A stretch of DNA of 64,000 bases from Tubiluchus corallicola (taxonomy: Eukaryota; Animalia; Priapulida): assembly GCA_030141605.1 (NCBI GenBank), contig JAQGDQ010000521.1, forward strand, positions 62,001-126,000, given 5' to 3'. The position numbers and the translations under genes were made by a program. The notes beneath the pieces were generated by a model. The model had not been told where the DNA came from, made no database searches, and saw nothing but the letters and a program-made list of their open reading frames with translations. Positions 13,407-23,682 of the stretch are shown here, piece after piece (position 1 is the first letter of the stretch; each line of letters begins with the position of its first letter).

Positions 13407-13829
13407 ATGGAGAATTTGAGGAGGCATTTTCCGTTCACTGCCTCCAGTTCTTATAAAGTCTCCAATTTGAAATCTGCATCTCCATTACCGTCTCCAGCAC
13501 AGAGCCGTTCTCAGTTTCACACATCCCTTCCCAATAGTCTTCATTCTGATGTTCAAGACCTTCTTCTGCTACTTGGAAATTTTGTTAAAGAATTGAACGC
13601 GTTATACGGGGCTGGCTCCCATCTAGCGCAGAAACTCTCGGATATGTTGAAGCACACGCCATACTGTGATACTGCTGGTCAGTTGAAACAGGCCGTTTCC
13701 AATCTCTGCCAGGCAGTTAATGCCTCTGGAAGACGGTTCCGAGAAGATGCCGAGGGGTCTTTGAAAAGCCTTCAGACAAAGTTAAAATCTCAAAACCGTG
13801 AGGATCATTATTCACCAGCAAATCTGCAG
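13407..13829 (+). CDS. GARRE1: GARRE1/KIAA0355-like protein, first coding exon (N-terminal DUF4745-like helical domain)
   Basis: MENLRRHFPF...DVQDLLLLLGNFVKELNALYGAGSHLAQKLSDMLKHTPYCDTAGQLK...LQ resembles the GARRE1 N-terminal domain as recalled; acceptor at 13345-13346, donor GTAAAG at 13830. Confidence 0.8.
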
Positions 13830-14592
13830 GTAAAGTAAATCATTTGTCTCAGAAAGCATTTGGAAAGTTGGTGCTACTAGTTTATGTCTATTTGAAGAAG
13901 CTACAAACAGTCATGTGAGTTTAAAGTGTACAGCCAGAGCCAGTATATGAAGTTCAATATAATAGGCATATTGTTTCTGGACCACTCATCAAAGAGTGGC
14001 CTAGAATCTTGTCATTTTGACTTTTACATACAGGCAGTGAATTTTTTAAAATACACTCTAAATTCATATAACTGTGTGGTTAGTTTAATAAGAATGTAGC
14101 AAACTTCTTTAAAATGTAAAATTACGCGTGTATTATAGACCACTATATAGTTTAGACTCTAGACTAGCTTGAAACAGTAACTGCATGTATATTACATTAG
14201 TAAGACAGCAGGATAATTCCTGATTTTCGATGTCAGATCCCATTCAGACAGATGCCATATTTGGGCAGACCCACATTTGATACAGATTCGAAATGGAATC
14301 TATCTCTCCAGTTTGAAAAGCAGATGTGGACTGGTTTCTAATTATCGAACAAGAAATGTGCATTAAATTTGAAAACCTAAAATTCTAAAATTGTTAGGTG
14401 TGCGTGCATTTTTTTCACTAAATTGACTCTGTCATTTCGAAATGCACGCAGTCGACTTTGTCTTTCCTTTGCACTGTGTACGGAAACGCCAAGTCCAGAC
14501 TCTACACCTGAATCACTGCTAGTTGTAAAGGTATATTACAGAATTTTATATGATATTTTTGTCATATTATGCACTTGTTCCACCATTTGCAG

Positions 14593-15064
14593 GTGATTGG
14601 TCGATGTCTGGCCTCCTTCATACAGTTACAATGTCAACTATACATGTCTGCTTGTGAAACCATGCATTCATTCTCTAAATGCCAAGATCATCGAGATCTG
14701 ATTTCGTTCCAAAGCCAGACACCACGGACATGTCCTTCCTCTGTATCCACTAATCTAATCAACCCTTCTTGCGTACCGCCTACGACTAGCCAATCACTGG
14801 AGTTTTTACATTGTGTTTCTTCGTCGTCATCATTCACTACGGATCAGGAAACTGGTCATAATCACAGGCGGAATCAGATAGTTAGCGACATGGGAGTTTC
14901 ATATGCAAGTCAGTCAGGAGCAGAGCAATTGTATCGCACTGACAGACGTGATAGGAGTTTGTCTCATTTCTATACGCAGTTCAATGCAGATGTTCAGCAC
15001 GATGAGAGAAGTGGATTGGTTGATGAGTCACCGGTAGATAGTGGCCATATCTCACAGGGGCAAA
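14593..15064 (+). CDS. GARRE1: GARRE1-like, coding exon 2
   Basis: VIGRCLASFIQLQCQLY (compare GARRE1 VLGRCFLTVVQVHFQFL); ttgcag acceptor, GTAAGT donor, phase 1. Confidence 0.82.
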
Positions 15065-15599
15065 GTAAGTGGCTTTTCTCAGTGTATTAAGAAATTATAA
15101 GTTACTGAAAGTGTCTATTGAGATAATCTTTTTTTGTACTTTGACACACTGCAAACAGAATTTTGCCGTTAATCTGCAAAACTGACTTAGTATTGATGTT
15201 TATTTCAACTGAAATCTGGCCCTTACCATTAGTCTCTAAGATGAGACACTGAACTGAAGAGTTTGCTAGTAAAAGAACAGAAATTATGTAGTGCTTCCTA
15301 TTTCTGGATAACGTTGCTTGAGCATGTGGAGCTAAAGGCAGCATGTATTCCAATATTTTCATGATTAACAATTGTAGGTTTTAATGTAGGTTATCATTTA
15401 AAAATTTCTGTTGGTTAGCCCTCCGGGTTACTTCTGTTAGGGTCTAATATCTTGAATATGGTATACCGTTATTCTAATTCCAAAAGTTTGATGCGATTGT
15501 GATTACTGATGCTTTCATTGCCGTGTTTTGAATCTCTTGAGTGCAAAATACACATTTTTTTGTTTATATTTAGTGTTCTATTTTCACTTGTGCTGTTAG

Positions 15600-15781
15600 G
15601 TGGAGAAGTCACTCATGGATTCACAGAAGCTAGAAATAACTCTGGACTAACAAAGTCTCAAGAGAACTCCTCGAGTAATGACATACAGGATGTCATAGAT
15701 TTTCTTTCCCGATCAGCCTTGCAGACACCTAGTAGCCAAATGCAGAATATCCCGGAGAATAGTGTGCCACATAATCCCTCT
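15600..15781 (+). CDS. GARRE1: GARRE1-like, coding exon 3
   Basis: Contains DIQDVIDFLS motif; phase 1 in, phase 0 out, GTAAGT donor. Confidence 0.78.
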
Positions 15782-16351
15782 GTAAGTTTTGCTGTGTTTA
15801 GATTCGAGACTCATTAAACAGTTTAACATGGATGTTGTCATTTTACCATTCTTACAATAAAAAAGGCTTGCTGCTTCTGTGCAGTTATACTGTAGTTTTT
15901 ATAGCTAACTTTTAGCATTTTAAATTGTATTTGTAATGTGCAAACAGAATACAGTGCAGGGATAATTGCGGAAGTGTTTGAGATATCAAAATCAGTCCAA
16001 GTTATTACCTAAAACCATCTGTTGGTCTTTTAGCGTGAACTATGCTGTACATAGTGATAGCTAATATAAATAATTGCTGAGGAATTTTGCAATTGGAATG
16101 TGAAATTAGGTATGATTTAAAAAAAACCTGCCATCTGTATCTGGGTCTTCTTTGCTGATAATAAAGATGTAATATAATGCCTTGTTCCTTGGGGTTTTAT
16201 GGTTCTAAGATTTGTCTGCTCTTTTTTCAAGTCCTTAGATGAGAAATAAGCTTTTTATGTTTAACATTTGCACTTGTTGTTGAAGTTGTCATTGTCAACT
16301 AAAATAGAATTTGTTCAACTGTTAATACCAATCGGCTTGACTAATTTTTAG

Positions 16352-16528
16352 GAGTTTCCAGTCTGGCATCGGACGCTAGCCACCTCTTACAGTAATCGTA
16401 GTGCAGAAATGCGACGTATGGAGCTTGGAGCTAAATCATCAGATCCCACACGACAGACATGGCCAAGAGCGCCACCTAGACCAGATGACCCGTTTGGCAG
16501 TGGTGGAGAAGTAAACGAACAAGACATG
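16352..16528 (+). CDS. GARRE1: GARRE1-like, coding exon 4
   Basis: Open 59-codon exon EFPVWHR...RQTWPRAPPRPDDPFG...QDM with a TWP motif; tttttag acceptor, GTGAAT donor. Confidence 0.75.
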
Positions 16529-16973
16529 GTGAATAATAATACTTTTTCTTGTTCCTTTGAATCATAGTACGATTTTTACAGTAATACTTTTATGGTATGT
16601 TACTGTTTCCATTGAATTTGGTGACTAGTAATACTTTTCTGCTACAACATTAATTAGATCCCACATTCTTGATTCTTGTAATTTCTGAATATTTTTGGTA
16701 ATTTTTGGATTTGTTGCTATTTTCTTATAGAAATTGCTTATAAAATTTTATGTAAGTTTATTAAATAGTCATTCAGTGGGTAGGAAAATTCAGAGAATTG
16801 TCAGTTTGTGTATTTTGGTGTGATCTTTGATACAGATATTTTCTTGCACAAATACTATTTAAGAATTTCCACCTTTTGTAACCATTGACTTTATGTTTGT
16901 GTTAAATCTGTACAACAAAAATTTTCAGTTGAAACTTCTTCTAGTTTTTGTTTATAAAAATGCATATTTTCAG

Positions 16974-17122
16974 GACGACTTTAGGAATTATTGTGCCACC
17001 GTTCAGAATTTAACATGTTCACCTGGATATCCATCACAGTTTCGACAGTCTTTGTTTTCTTTCCCGTACTCCAGTGCTATTGGTCTACAGGCCCAAAAAA
17101 TATGGTCTCCACAGCAACCGAA
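16974..17122 (+). CDS. GARRE1: GARRE1-like, coding exon 5
   Basis: DDFRNYCATV...KIWSPQQP; ttttcag acceptor, GTAAGT donor, phase 2. Confidence 0.75.
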
Positions 17123-17524
17123 GTAAGTATCTGATCCTTACAATTGTGTCAAAGAATCGTGCAAAACATTGTTATACAAATATGTTTTGTGTAATTGAGC
17201 AGTGGTTCTTTGACACAGGCAACAACCTATTGTCTATGTTAAATTTGCAAATAAGCGTAACACTGTAAGTTCAAAATCTATAAAAGCCAATGTTGCTTGT
17301 AAATGAATCTGTTCTGCTGCTACGTTTTGTACGAAATAGTATTCTACTTCTTTATTTATTTTTTCTGTGATCCGCAAAATATACAATAATACAGATAGAG
17401 TAGTATAATGTAGCACAGTGCACACTAGTAACCAGATGATAATTGCTTGCTGAGTGTCAATCTGAAATAAGAACTTAAGAACTGCCTGTTCATTTGCTAT
17501 TTTTTCACTTGTTTTTTATTGCAG

Positions 17525-17680
17525 CCTGCCCCAGCAATGGAATGAACCAGGCAGAGAAAGAGAAAGTGGCGGAAGCTCCAGTGATGAGACATCATCCTAT
17601 AATGGTCATGATAACGATGTATTTAAATGTGTTCAAAATCTGGCTGGACCAGAATCAGATGTTACAGGACAACAAAGACG
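17525..17680 (+). CDS. GARRE1: GARRE1-like, coding exon 6
   Basis: LPQQWNEPGRERESGGSSSDETSSYNGHDNDVF...AGPESDVTGQQRR, matching the recalled GARRE1 SSSD.ETSS.NG...GPD...QRR region; phases consistent. Confidence 0.8.
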
Positions 17681-18002
17681 GTTAGTGTTGTTATTTAAAA
17701 TAAGTAGTGGATAAATGTGTTTCTGGCCTTTGGTTTGAGTGATTTGACTGGTCTGAGCCCTAATGATGACTGACAAGTTCTTTTTGCTTAAATTTATTGA
17801 AAAATCAAGAAACTGCCCTATGATACTATCAATTTGGCCTTAAGTTCATCTGTTTATTGGTTAATAACCTTAAGGCGTTAATTTTGAAAAAGCAGATGAG
17901 TGAAATTTTATCATTTCTGTGATATGCTGTTATATATCATTAATATATTATCCTGGTAAAGTTATGCAGAAATGGTTAATTGTTTTTTTTTCTTTATTTT
18001 AG

Positions 18003-18087
18003 CAGGCACAGCAGTAGTGATGGTGGTTTGGCAGAAAATCTTGCAGATGGTGGCGTGAGGCGGAAAAGTGTTGATGATCTACGTTTG
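18003..18087 (+). CDS. GARRE1: GARRE1-like, coding exon 7
   Basis: RHSSSDGGLAENLADGGVRRKSVDDLRL; tandem TAGCAG acceptor, GTATGT donor. Confidence 0.75.
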
Positions 18088-18317
18088 GTATGTGATTGAT
18101 GAATTAACAATGTCTGCTTTCAAGAGCAAATTTTGGTCTGTGGTGAATAGGACTATGGTGGTCCCAATAATTAACAGAACTGGATGTTTTTGTCATTGAG
18201 GAATCTGACAAGCAAATACAAGTACTTGAAAGACTCAAAAGCAAAAGTTTCTGATGCTGTTGCAAAGTCTTTGAATTAATTTTTCACGATGTGGTGAAGC
18301 TTCAATTGAAAATGAAT

Positions 18318-19282
18318 TACAGTTAGTTCTCGCTTAAAGATGCTTTGTTTTTTAACGACATTTCGTTTTAATAGCACCGATCTTTTGACAACTTTCATTC
18401 CGTTAATGATACATGTTTCATTTTAGTACTCTTAAGTACTCAAATTTTGTTTGCTGCACTTTTGCTTGATAAAGAAACCGATACTAACAGGTATCACGGT
18501 AATAATTTGTACTACTAAGAAGTCACACGCAGGCAGTGATGATTCTTTGCTGGCCTCTCGATAATTACTGGCACTTTCGCAAAGGAATTCGTCTGATAAA
18601 ATCCTCTCATGTTAGATTACTCCATTAATTATGGCAGCATTCACCTCATTTGCATTTGCACTGCTAGGACAACACTGAGAAGCATTAAACCGAAATGGCT
18701 AGCATTAAACACGGACATGAAACTTTTGAAAATCTTGACGCTGGACTTCAATTTTTTTGTGAAAGTAACCCAGTTAGTGAGATTTATTGTTGCTCATGCT
18801 TTACAGTGTTATAGTAAGCTGCTACAAAAATTAGTAGCAAAGTGCAACCAGTGCTAGAATTTTTTCTGAAAAACAAGCATAGAAGAAAAGAAAGAGGAAG
18901 AAGTAGCACAAGCTGTGTAAACAGAGGAAGATACATATATGCTAGAAAGAAAAATTTCAAATTTCTCTGTAAACTTTAGTTCTTTTTAGCTTTTAGTTAA
19001 AATTGCAAGGAGTGTCATAAAAGTCTTAGATTTATGAGCCAAGCATTATTATTTTTGTCTTGCAATGCAACCAAACGTTTTCACGTAGCCAGGCATTATT
19101 ACTGATTTTATGTGCCAAGCCATTTCTGATTGGTTTTGTAGGGGCCAAACGTTATTTGCACGTGGAACACCGAATACTTTTACATCATTTACTATGGAAG
19201 GCATTGCTTCAAGTAACCAATCGTTTTCCTTAATGATGCGTTTTGCTGGAATGCATTAGTGCATTAATCGAAGATTCACTAA
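18318..19282. mobile_element. Possible decayed Tc1/pogo (Tigger-like) DNA transposon remnant in GARRE1 intron 7
   Basis: Left end TA|CAGTTAGTTCTCGCTTAA and a loosely complementary right end TTAATCGAAGATTCACT; no recognisable transposase. Weak evidence. Confidence 0.3.
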
Positions 19283-19649
19283 ACATCATTTACATGTGAA
19301 TTTTTATACGGCATGATAAGATCATAATAATGGCTCTGATCAATGATTACGAAGCTGTAATTTCTCAGTTCTCCGTATCCCATCCAAATTCAACACTCAT
19401 CGTCTCTTTTGAGGGTATTAATCATGAAATAAAACAAGTCCTTAAACTAGTGAATTGTAAGTGCATATTTAAGAAGATTAAGAAGATATTCCAAAGTTGG
19501 TAGCCGCTCCATCTTATATAATTTTTCTACATTCTACTCAAAACTTTTTTCAAAATGGGGTGAGCCAGTTGTAATGTATTCAAGTATAATTAGGCCACCT
19601 GAAAAGCTAAAACTTTATTGTTGAATGTTTCAATGATTAGTATTTTCTG

Positions 19650-20365
19650 ATGTTCTAGCTTCTAGTAACTAGTCTCCAGTTTTTTGCCCTAATGTTCTAG
19701 CTTCTAGTAACTAGTCTCCAGATTTTTTGCCCTAATGTTCTAGCTTCTAGTAACTAGTCTCCAGTTTTTTGCCCTAATATTCTAGCTTCTAGTAACTAGT
19801 CTCCAGTTTTTTGCCCTAATGTTCTAGCTTCTAGTAACTAGTCTTCAGTTTTTTGCCCTAATGTTCTAGCTTCTAGTAACTAGTCTCCAGTTTTTTGCCC
19901 TAATGTTCTAGCTTCTAGTAACTAGTCTTCAGTTTTTTGCCCTAATGTTCTAGCTTCTAGTAACTAGTCTCCAGTTTTTTGCCCTAATATTCTAGCTTCT
20001 AGTAACTAGTCTCCAGTTTTTTGCCCTAATGTTCTAGCTTCTAGTAACTAGTCTTCAGTTTTTTGCCCTAATGTTCTAGCTTCTAGTAACTAGTCTCCAG
20101 TTTTTTGCCCTAATGTTCTAGCTTCTAGTAACTAGTCTTCAGTTTTTTGCCCTAATGTTCTAGCTTCTAGTAACTAGTCTCCAGTTTTTTGCCCTAATGT
20201 TCTAGCTTCTAGTAACTAGTCTTCAGTTTTTTGCCCTAATGTTCTAGCTTCTAGTAACTAGTCTCCAGTTTTTTGCCCTAATGTTCTAGCTTCTAGTAAC
20301 TAGTCTTCAGTTTTTTGCCCTAATGTTCTAGCTTGTAGTAAATAGTATCCAGATCTTTGCCCTAA
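19650..20365. repeat. 42-bp minisatellite, about 17 copies
   Basis: Unit ctccagttttttgccctaatgttctagcttctagtaactagt; the 42-nt period can be read directly (19801, 19843, 19885 and so on). Confidence 0.97.
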
Positions 20366-21120
20366 AAGTAGTCACTGTAGCATGACTTTTTGAAACTATA
20401 TTTATTCTTTGCCCTGGATGCATATTTGCTTGTCGATTTTATGTGTAATTGCATATTTTGAAAATTTATTTTGTCATTGTTGCAAGTAACCATAAATATT
20501 AGCAACACTTGTAAAAAGTTGTAAAATTGCACATAATATTCTTTTGTTTTCTGCTGTATAAAGCTACAGCTTTAAAGGAAAACCGGGGCCCATTCTTAAA
20601 CCATAGCTCATAACAATCTATAAAATATTGAAGTGGAACATGTTTTTTTTGTAAGAACAACTTCTGATTTTATGTTCGCATGGTTAATTCTTTGCTGTTA
20701 CGTGCATTTTTGCAATTCCTTAGTTAGACAGGCACTAAGCCACTAGCACCTTCATCTCAGAATCTTGTGCAGTAGTGGTGTACTTCAATTTCTGCTTCTG
20801 CAAATATTTGCAACACGCTTGTGAAATGTTTGTACTGCTGAAAATAGTGTTCAGTTATGATGTCATCACTAACTGGGCTCACCGGCCACTAATTAGGTTA
20901 ATTATCATAAACAACTGGCATTATTGTAGATGTTAAAATGCATGCTTTTTACCATACTTCATAGTGGGGTAGGATTTGAAAAATCATCTTGTTTTCCTTT
21001 ATTTATAATTAAAGTTGAGGCATTTTTTACACATATAGAAATACTTATGTGGTTTTGCAATTCAAAACTTTATGTTTTGAATTGCAAAGCCAATATATCA
21101 AAAATTTGCTTTGTTTTTAG

Positions 21121-21267
21121 GAAGTAGCCAAGTACACGAACACCTGGCCTCCTAAGCAAGTGTGGAGCAAGAACAGTTCACCTGTACATATGGTGAGTAA
21201 TTGGAGTGATGCTGCTGATTCCACTTCTACATTTTTCTTGCCCTCATCATTTGGACAGATTACTTGA
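21121..21267 (+). CDS. GARRE1: GARRE1-like, probable terminal coding exon
   Basis: EVAKYTNTWPPKQVW...W...FGQIT*; TWPPK..W matches GARRE1 KTWPPKAPW. An internal GTGAGT donor at 21193 makes the 3' end uncertain. Confidence 0.72.
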   Translation, partial: EVAKYTNTWPPKQVWSKNSSPVHMVSNWSDAADSTSTFFLPSSFGQIT

Positions 21268-22079
21268 GTAACAACACATGCTAGCTATTGTACTTGTATT
21301 AAAGAACTTTGAATTGACATTTTTATTTCAATTAATGTACCTAAAGATTTATCTATTAATACCTTTGCTCAGTACTCAACAGTGGTAAAGGCTCGACAGT
21401 GTTCAGTTATGCTGTTTTGTAATTGCTTTTTTCCAACTTATGCTATTCTTTCTTCTTTTTTTTCTGATCATCTCGTGTGGGGGTTGTGTGGTAGTCTTTA
21501 TAGGGAGTGCTTTGTTTTGAAGAATTTTCTTAAAAAAAGTAGTTTTCTCTTTAAAAGCTTTATCATTTACACTTAAACATTTTTTGTGACTTTGTACCAA
21601 TAAATACTCTAGCATTATTTTAGCTGTTTTGTTAAAATGTGAGTAATGCCTAGCACACTGGTGGTGCTAAGCAGTTTTTGGTATTCTTGTTACTTGCTGG
21701 TATACCGATTTCTCGTATTGTGCAAACTTGTGAAGCACTTTCTATTTGACCAAAGCAGGTTATATGATAACTACCAGTAGAATGTAAATAGTAGTTTAGG
21801 TCATTTTTTATACGAGTACAGCATCTTAGTTTGCTGCTTTGTCCATATTTAAGATTTGATTTAGGTTTTCTGTGTTCACTAGTATTACAGTATACTGCAT
21901 CAACTTTTGCTTGTAACACCCCGAGTGAACTTTTGTTATAAATTGGGAATTGGGCCACTTATTTACTAGTATCACTCATTCAGTTATGAATTGCTGTAAA
22001 AGTAACATTTGTAAGTATGTCTTAAAGGAAAAGACACGTCTTGTAGTATATTGGGTTTATTTTGCTGTTATCACTACTG

Positions 22080-22435
22080 CTTAGAAAAATATAAAAAGGA
22101 AATCTCAAAAAACTCTCTATAAAGCATGAATTTACACGAATACTGTATTATTAGTATGAGCAGTCGGGTAACCAGGCATTCCTTGTGGCAGGCCAGGTGG
22201 GAGATGCCATTCTCTTTGAAAATTGACATATTAGCTAACTTGAGTTTATTTTACTGCTATCGCTGCAGCTTAGAAAAATTTAACAAAGAAATTTGCAAAT
22301 AAACTCTCTATAAAGCATAAATTTATACATATTGTGATGAAATTCGCAGGAGCGCTTAGGTAAACAGGCATCCCTTGTGGCAGGTCAGATGGGAGATGTC
22401 ATTCTTTTTGAAAACTATGACGTAGTTAGTTAATT
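22080..22435. repeat. Diverged tandem duplication, two copies, period about 190 bp
   Basis: cttagaaaaat...aactctctataaagcat...ggtaa.caggcat.ccttgtggcagg.cag.tgggagatg.cattct.tttgaaaa occurs at about 22080 and about 22270. Confidence 0.85.
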
Positions 22436-22502
22436 TTATGGCCTATCCTAAATGCACATTATTTAAACTAATTCAAACTTTTGTAACTAACACAATGCTC
22501 AC

Positions 22503-22957
22503 TCAGTGAACAAATCAGTTGTGTAATAAAGGTCAGTGTAGTACCTTTGACAGTGCGCTGCTTAAGCCTGCTTTTCTTTAGTTAGCCAATGACGTTCAAT
22601 GAACAAATCAGTTGTGTAATAAAGGTCAGTGTGGTACCTTTGACAGTGCGCTGCTTAAGCCTGCTTTTCTTTAGTTAGCCAATGACGTTCAGTGAACAAG
22701 TCAGTTGTGTAATAAAGGTCAGTGTGGTACCTTTGACAGTGCGCTGCTTAAACCTGCTTTTCTTTAGTTAGCCAATCACGTTCAGTGAACAAGTCAGTTG
22801 TGTAATAAAGGTCAGTGTGGTACCTTTGACAGTGCGCTGCTTTTCTTTAGTTAGCCAATGACGTTCAGTGAACAAGTCAGTTGTGTAATAAAGGTCAGTG
22901 TGGTACCTTTGGCAGTGTGCTGCTTAAGCCTGCTTTTCTTCAGTTAGCCAATAACGT
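22503..22957. repeat. 93-bp tandem repeat, 5 copies (one with a 10-bp deletion)
   Basis: Units start at 22505, 22598, 22691, 22784 and 22867. Confidence 0.95.
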
Positions 22958-23060
22958 CATTGGTTGAAAAATGAGCATGCCCAGGCATGAAGTGATTGGG
23001 CCTTTAAAGTGTTTTACCAATCATACAAGGAACCTATAACACTTTTATTGTTGACTTCCC

Positions 23061-23204
23061 AGAAGGCGTGCCTTTTCCTTTAACCGATATCAAGACTTAG
23101 CATATTTGCTCAGTATTTACTGTTTGCAGTATAGAAGGCGTGCCTTTTCCTTTAACCGATATCAAGACTTAGCATATTTGCTCAGTATTTACTGTTTGCA
23201 GTAT
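23061..23204. repeat. Perfect 72-bp tandem duplication
   Basis: agaaggcgtgccttttcc...tgtttgcagtat at 23061 and 23133. Confidence 0.95.
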
Positions 23205-23254
23205 TATCAAATTATGCTGTGCCGCTTATAGCAAACTACTTGAGATTGTCTATG

Positions 23255-23682
23255 TTGCGAATTACTGCTAGGATTGCTAGAGAATAATTGGGATGCAGAG
23301 ATTGTTTATGTTGCTATATTGCGAATTACTGCTAAGACTGCTAGAGAATAATTTGGATACAGAGATTGTTTATGTAGCTATATTGCGAATTACTGCTAAG
23401 ACTGCTAGAGAATAATTTGGATACAGAGATTGTTTATGTTGCTATATTGCGAATTACTGCTAAGACTTCTAGAGAATAATTTGGATACAGAGATTGTTTA
23501 TGTTGCTATATTGCGAATTACTGCTAAGACTGCTAGAGAATAATTTGGATACAGAGATTGTTTATGTTGCTATATTGCGAATTACTGCTAAGACTGCTAG
23601 AGAATAATTTGGATACAGAGATTGTTTATGTAGCTATATTGCGAATTACTGCTAAGACTGCTAGAGAATAATTTGGATGCAG
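23255..23682. repeat. 64-bp tandem repeat, about 7 copies
   Basis: gcgaattactgcta recurs at 23257, 23321, 23385, 23449, 23513, 23577 and 23641. Confidence 0.95.

Noticed and set aside
19650-23682. Tandem arrays as CRISPR arrays
   Set aside because: Units are contiguous and near-identical with no unique spacers, there are no cas genes, and the context is eukaryotic.
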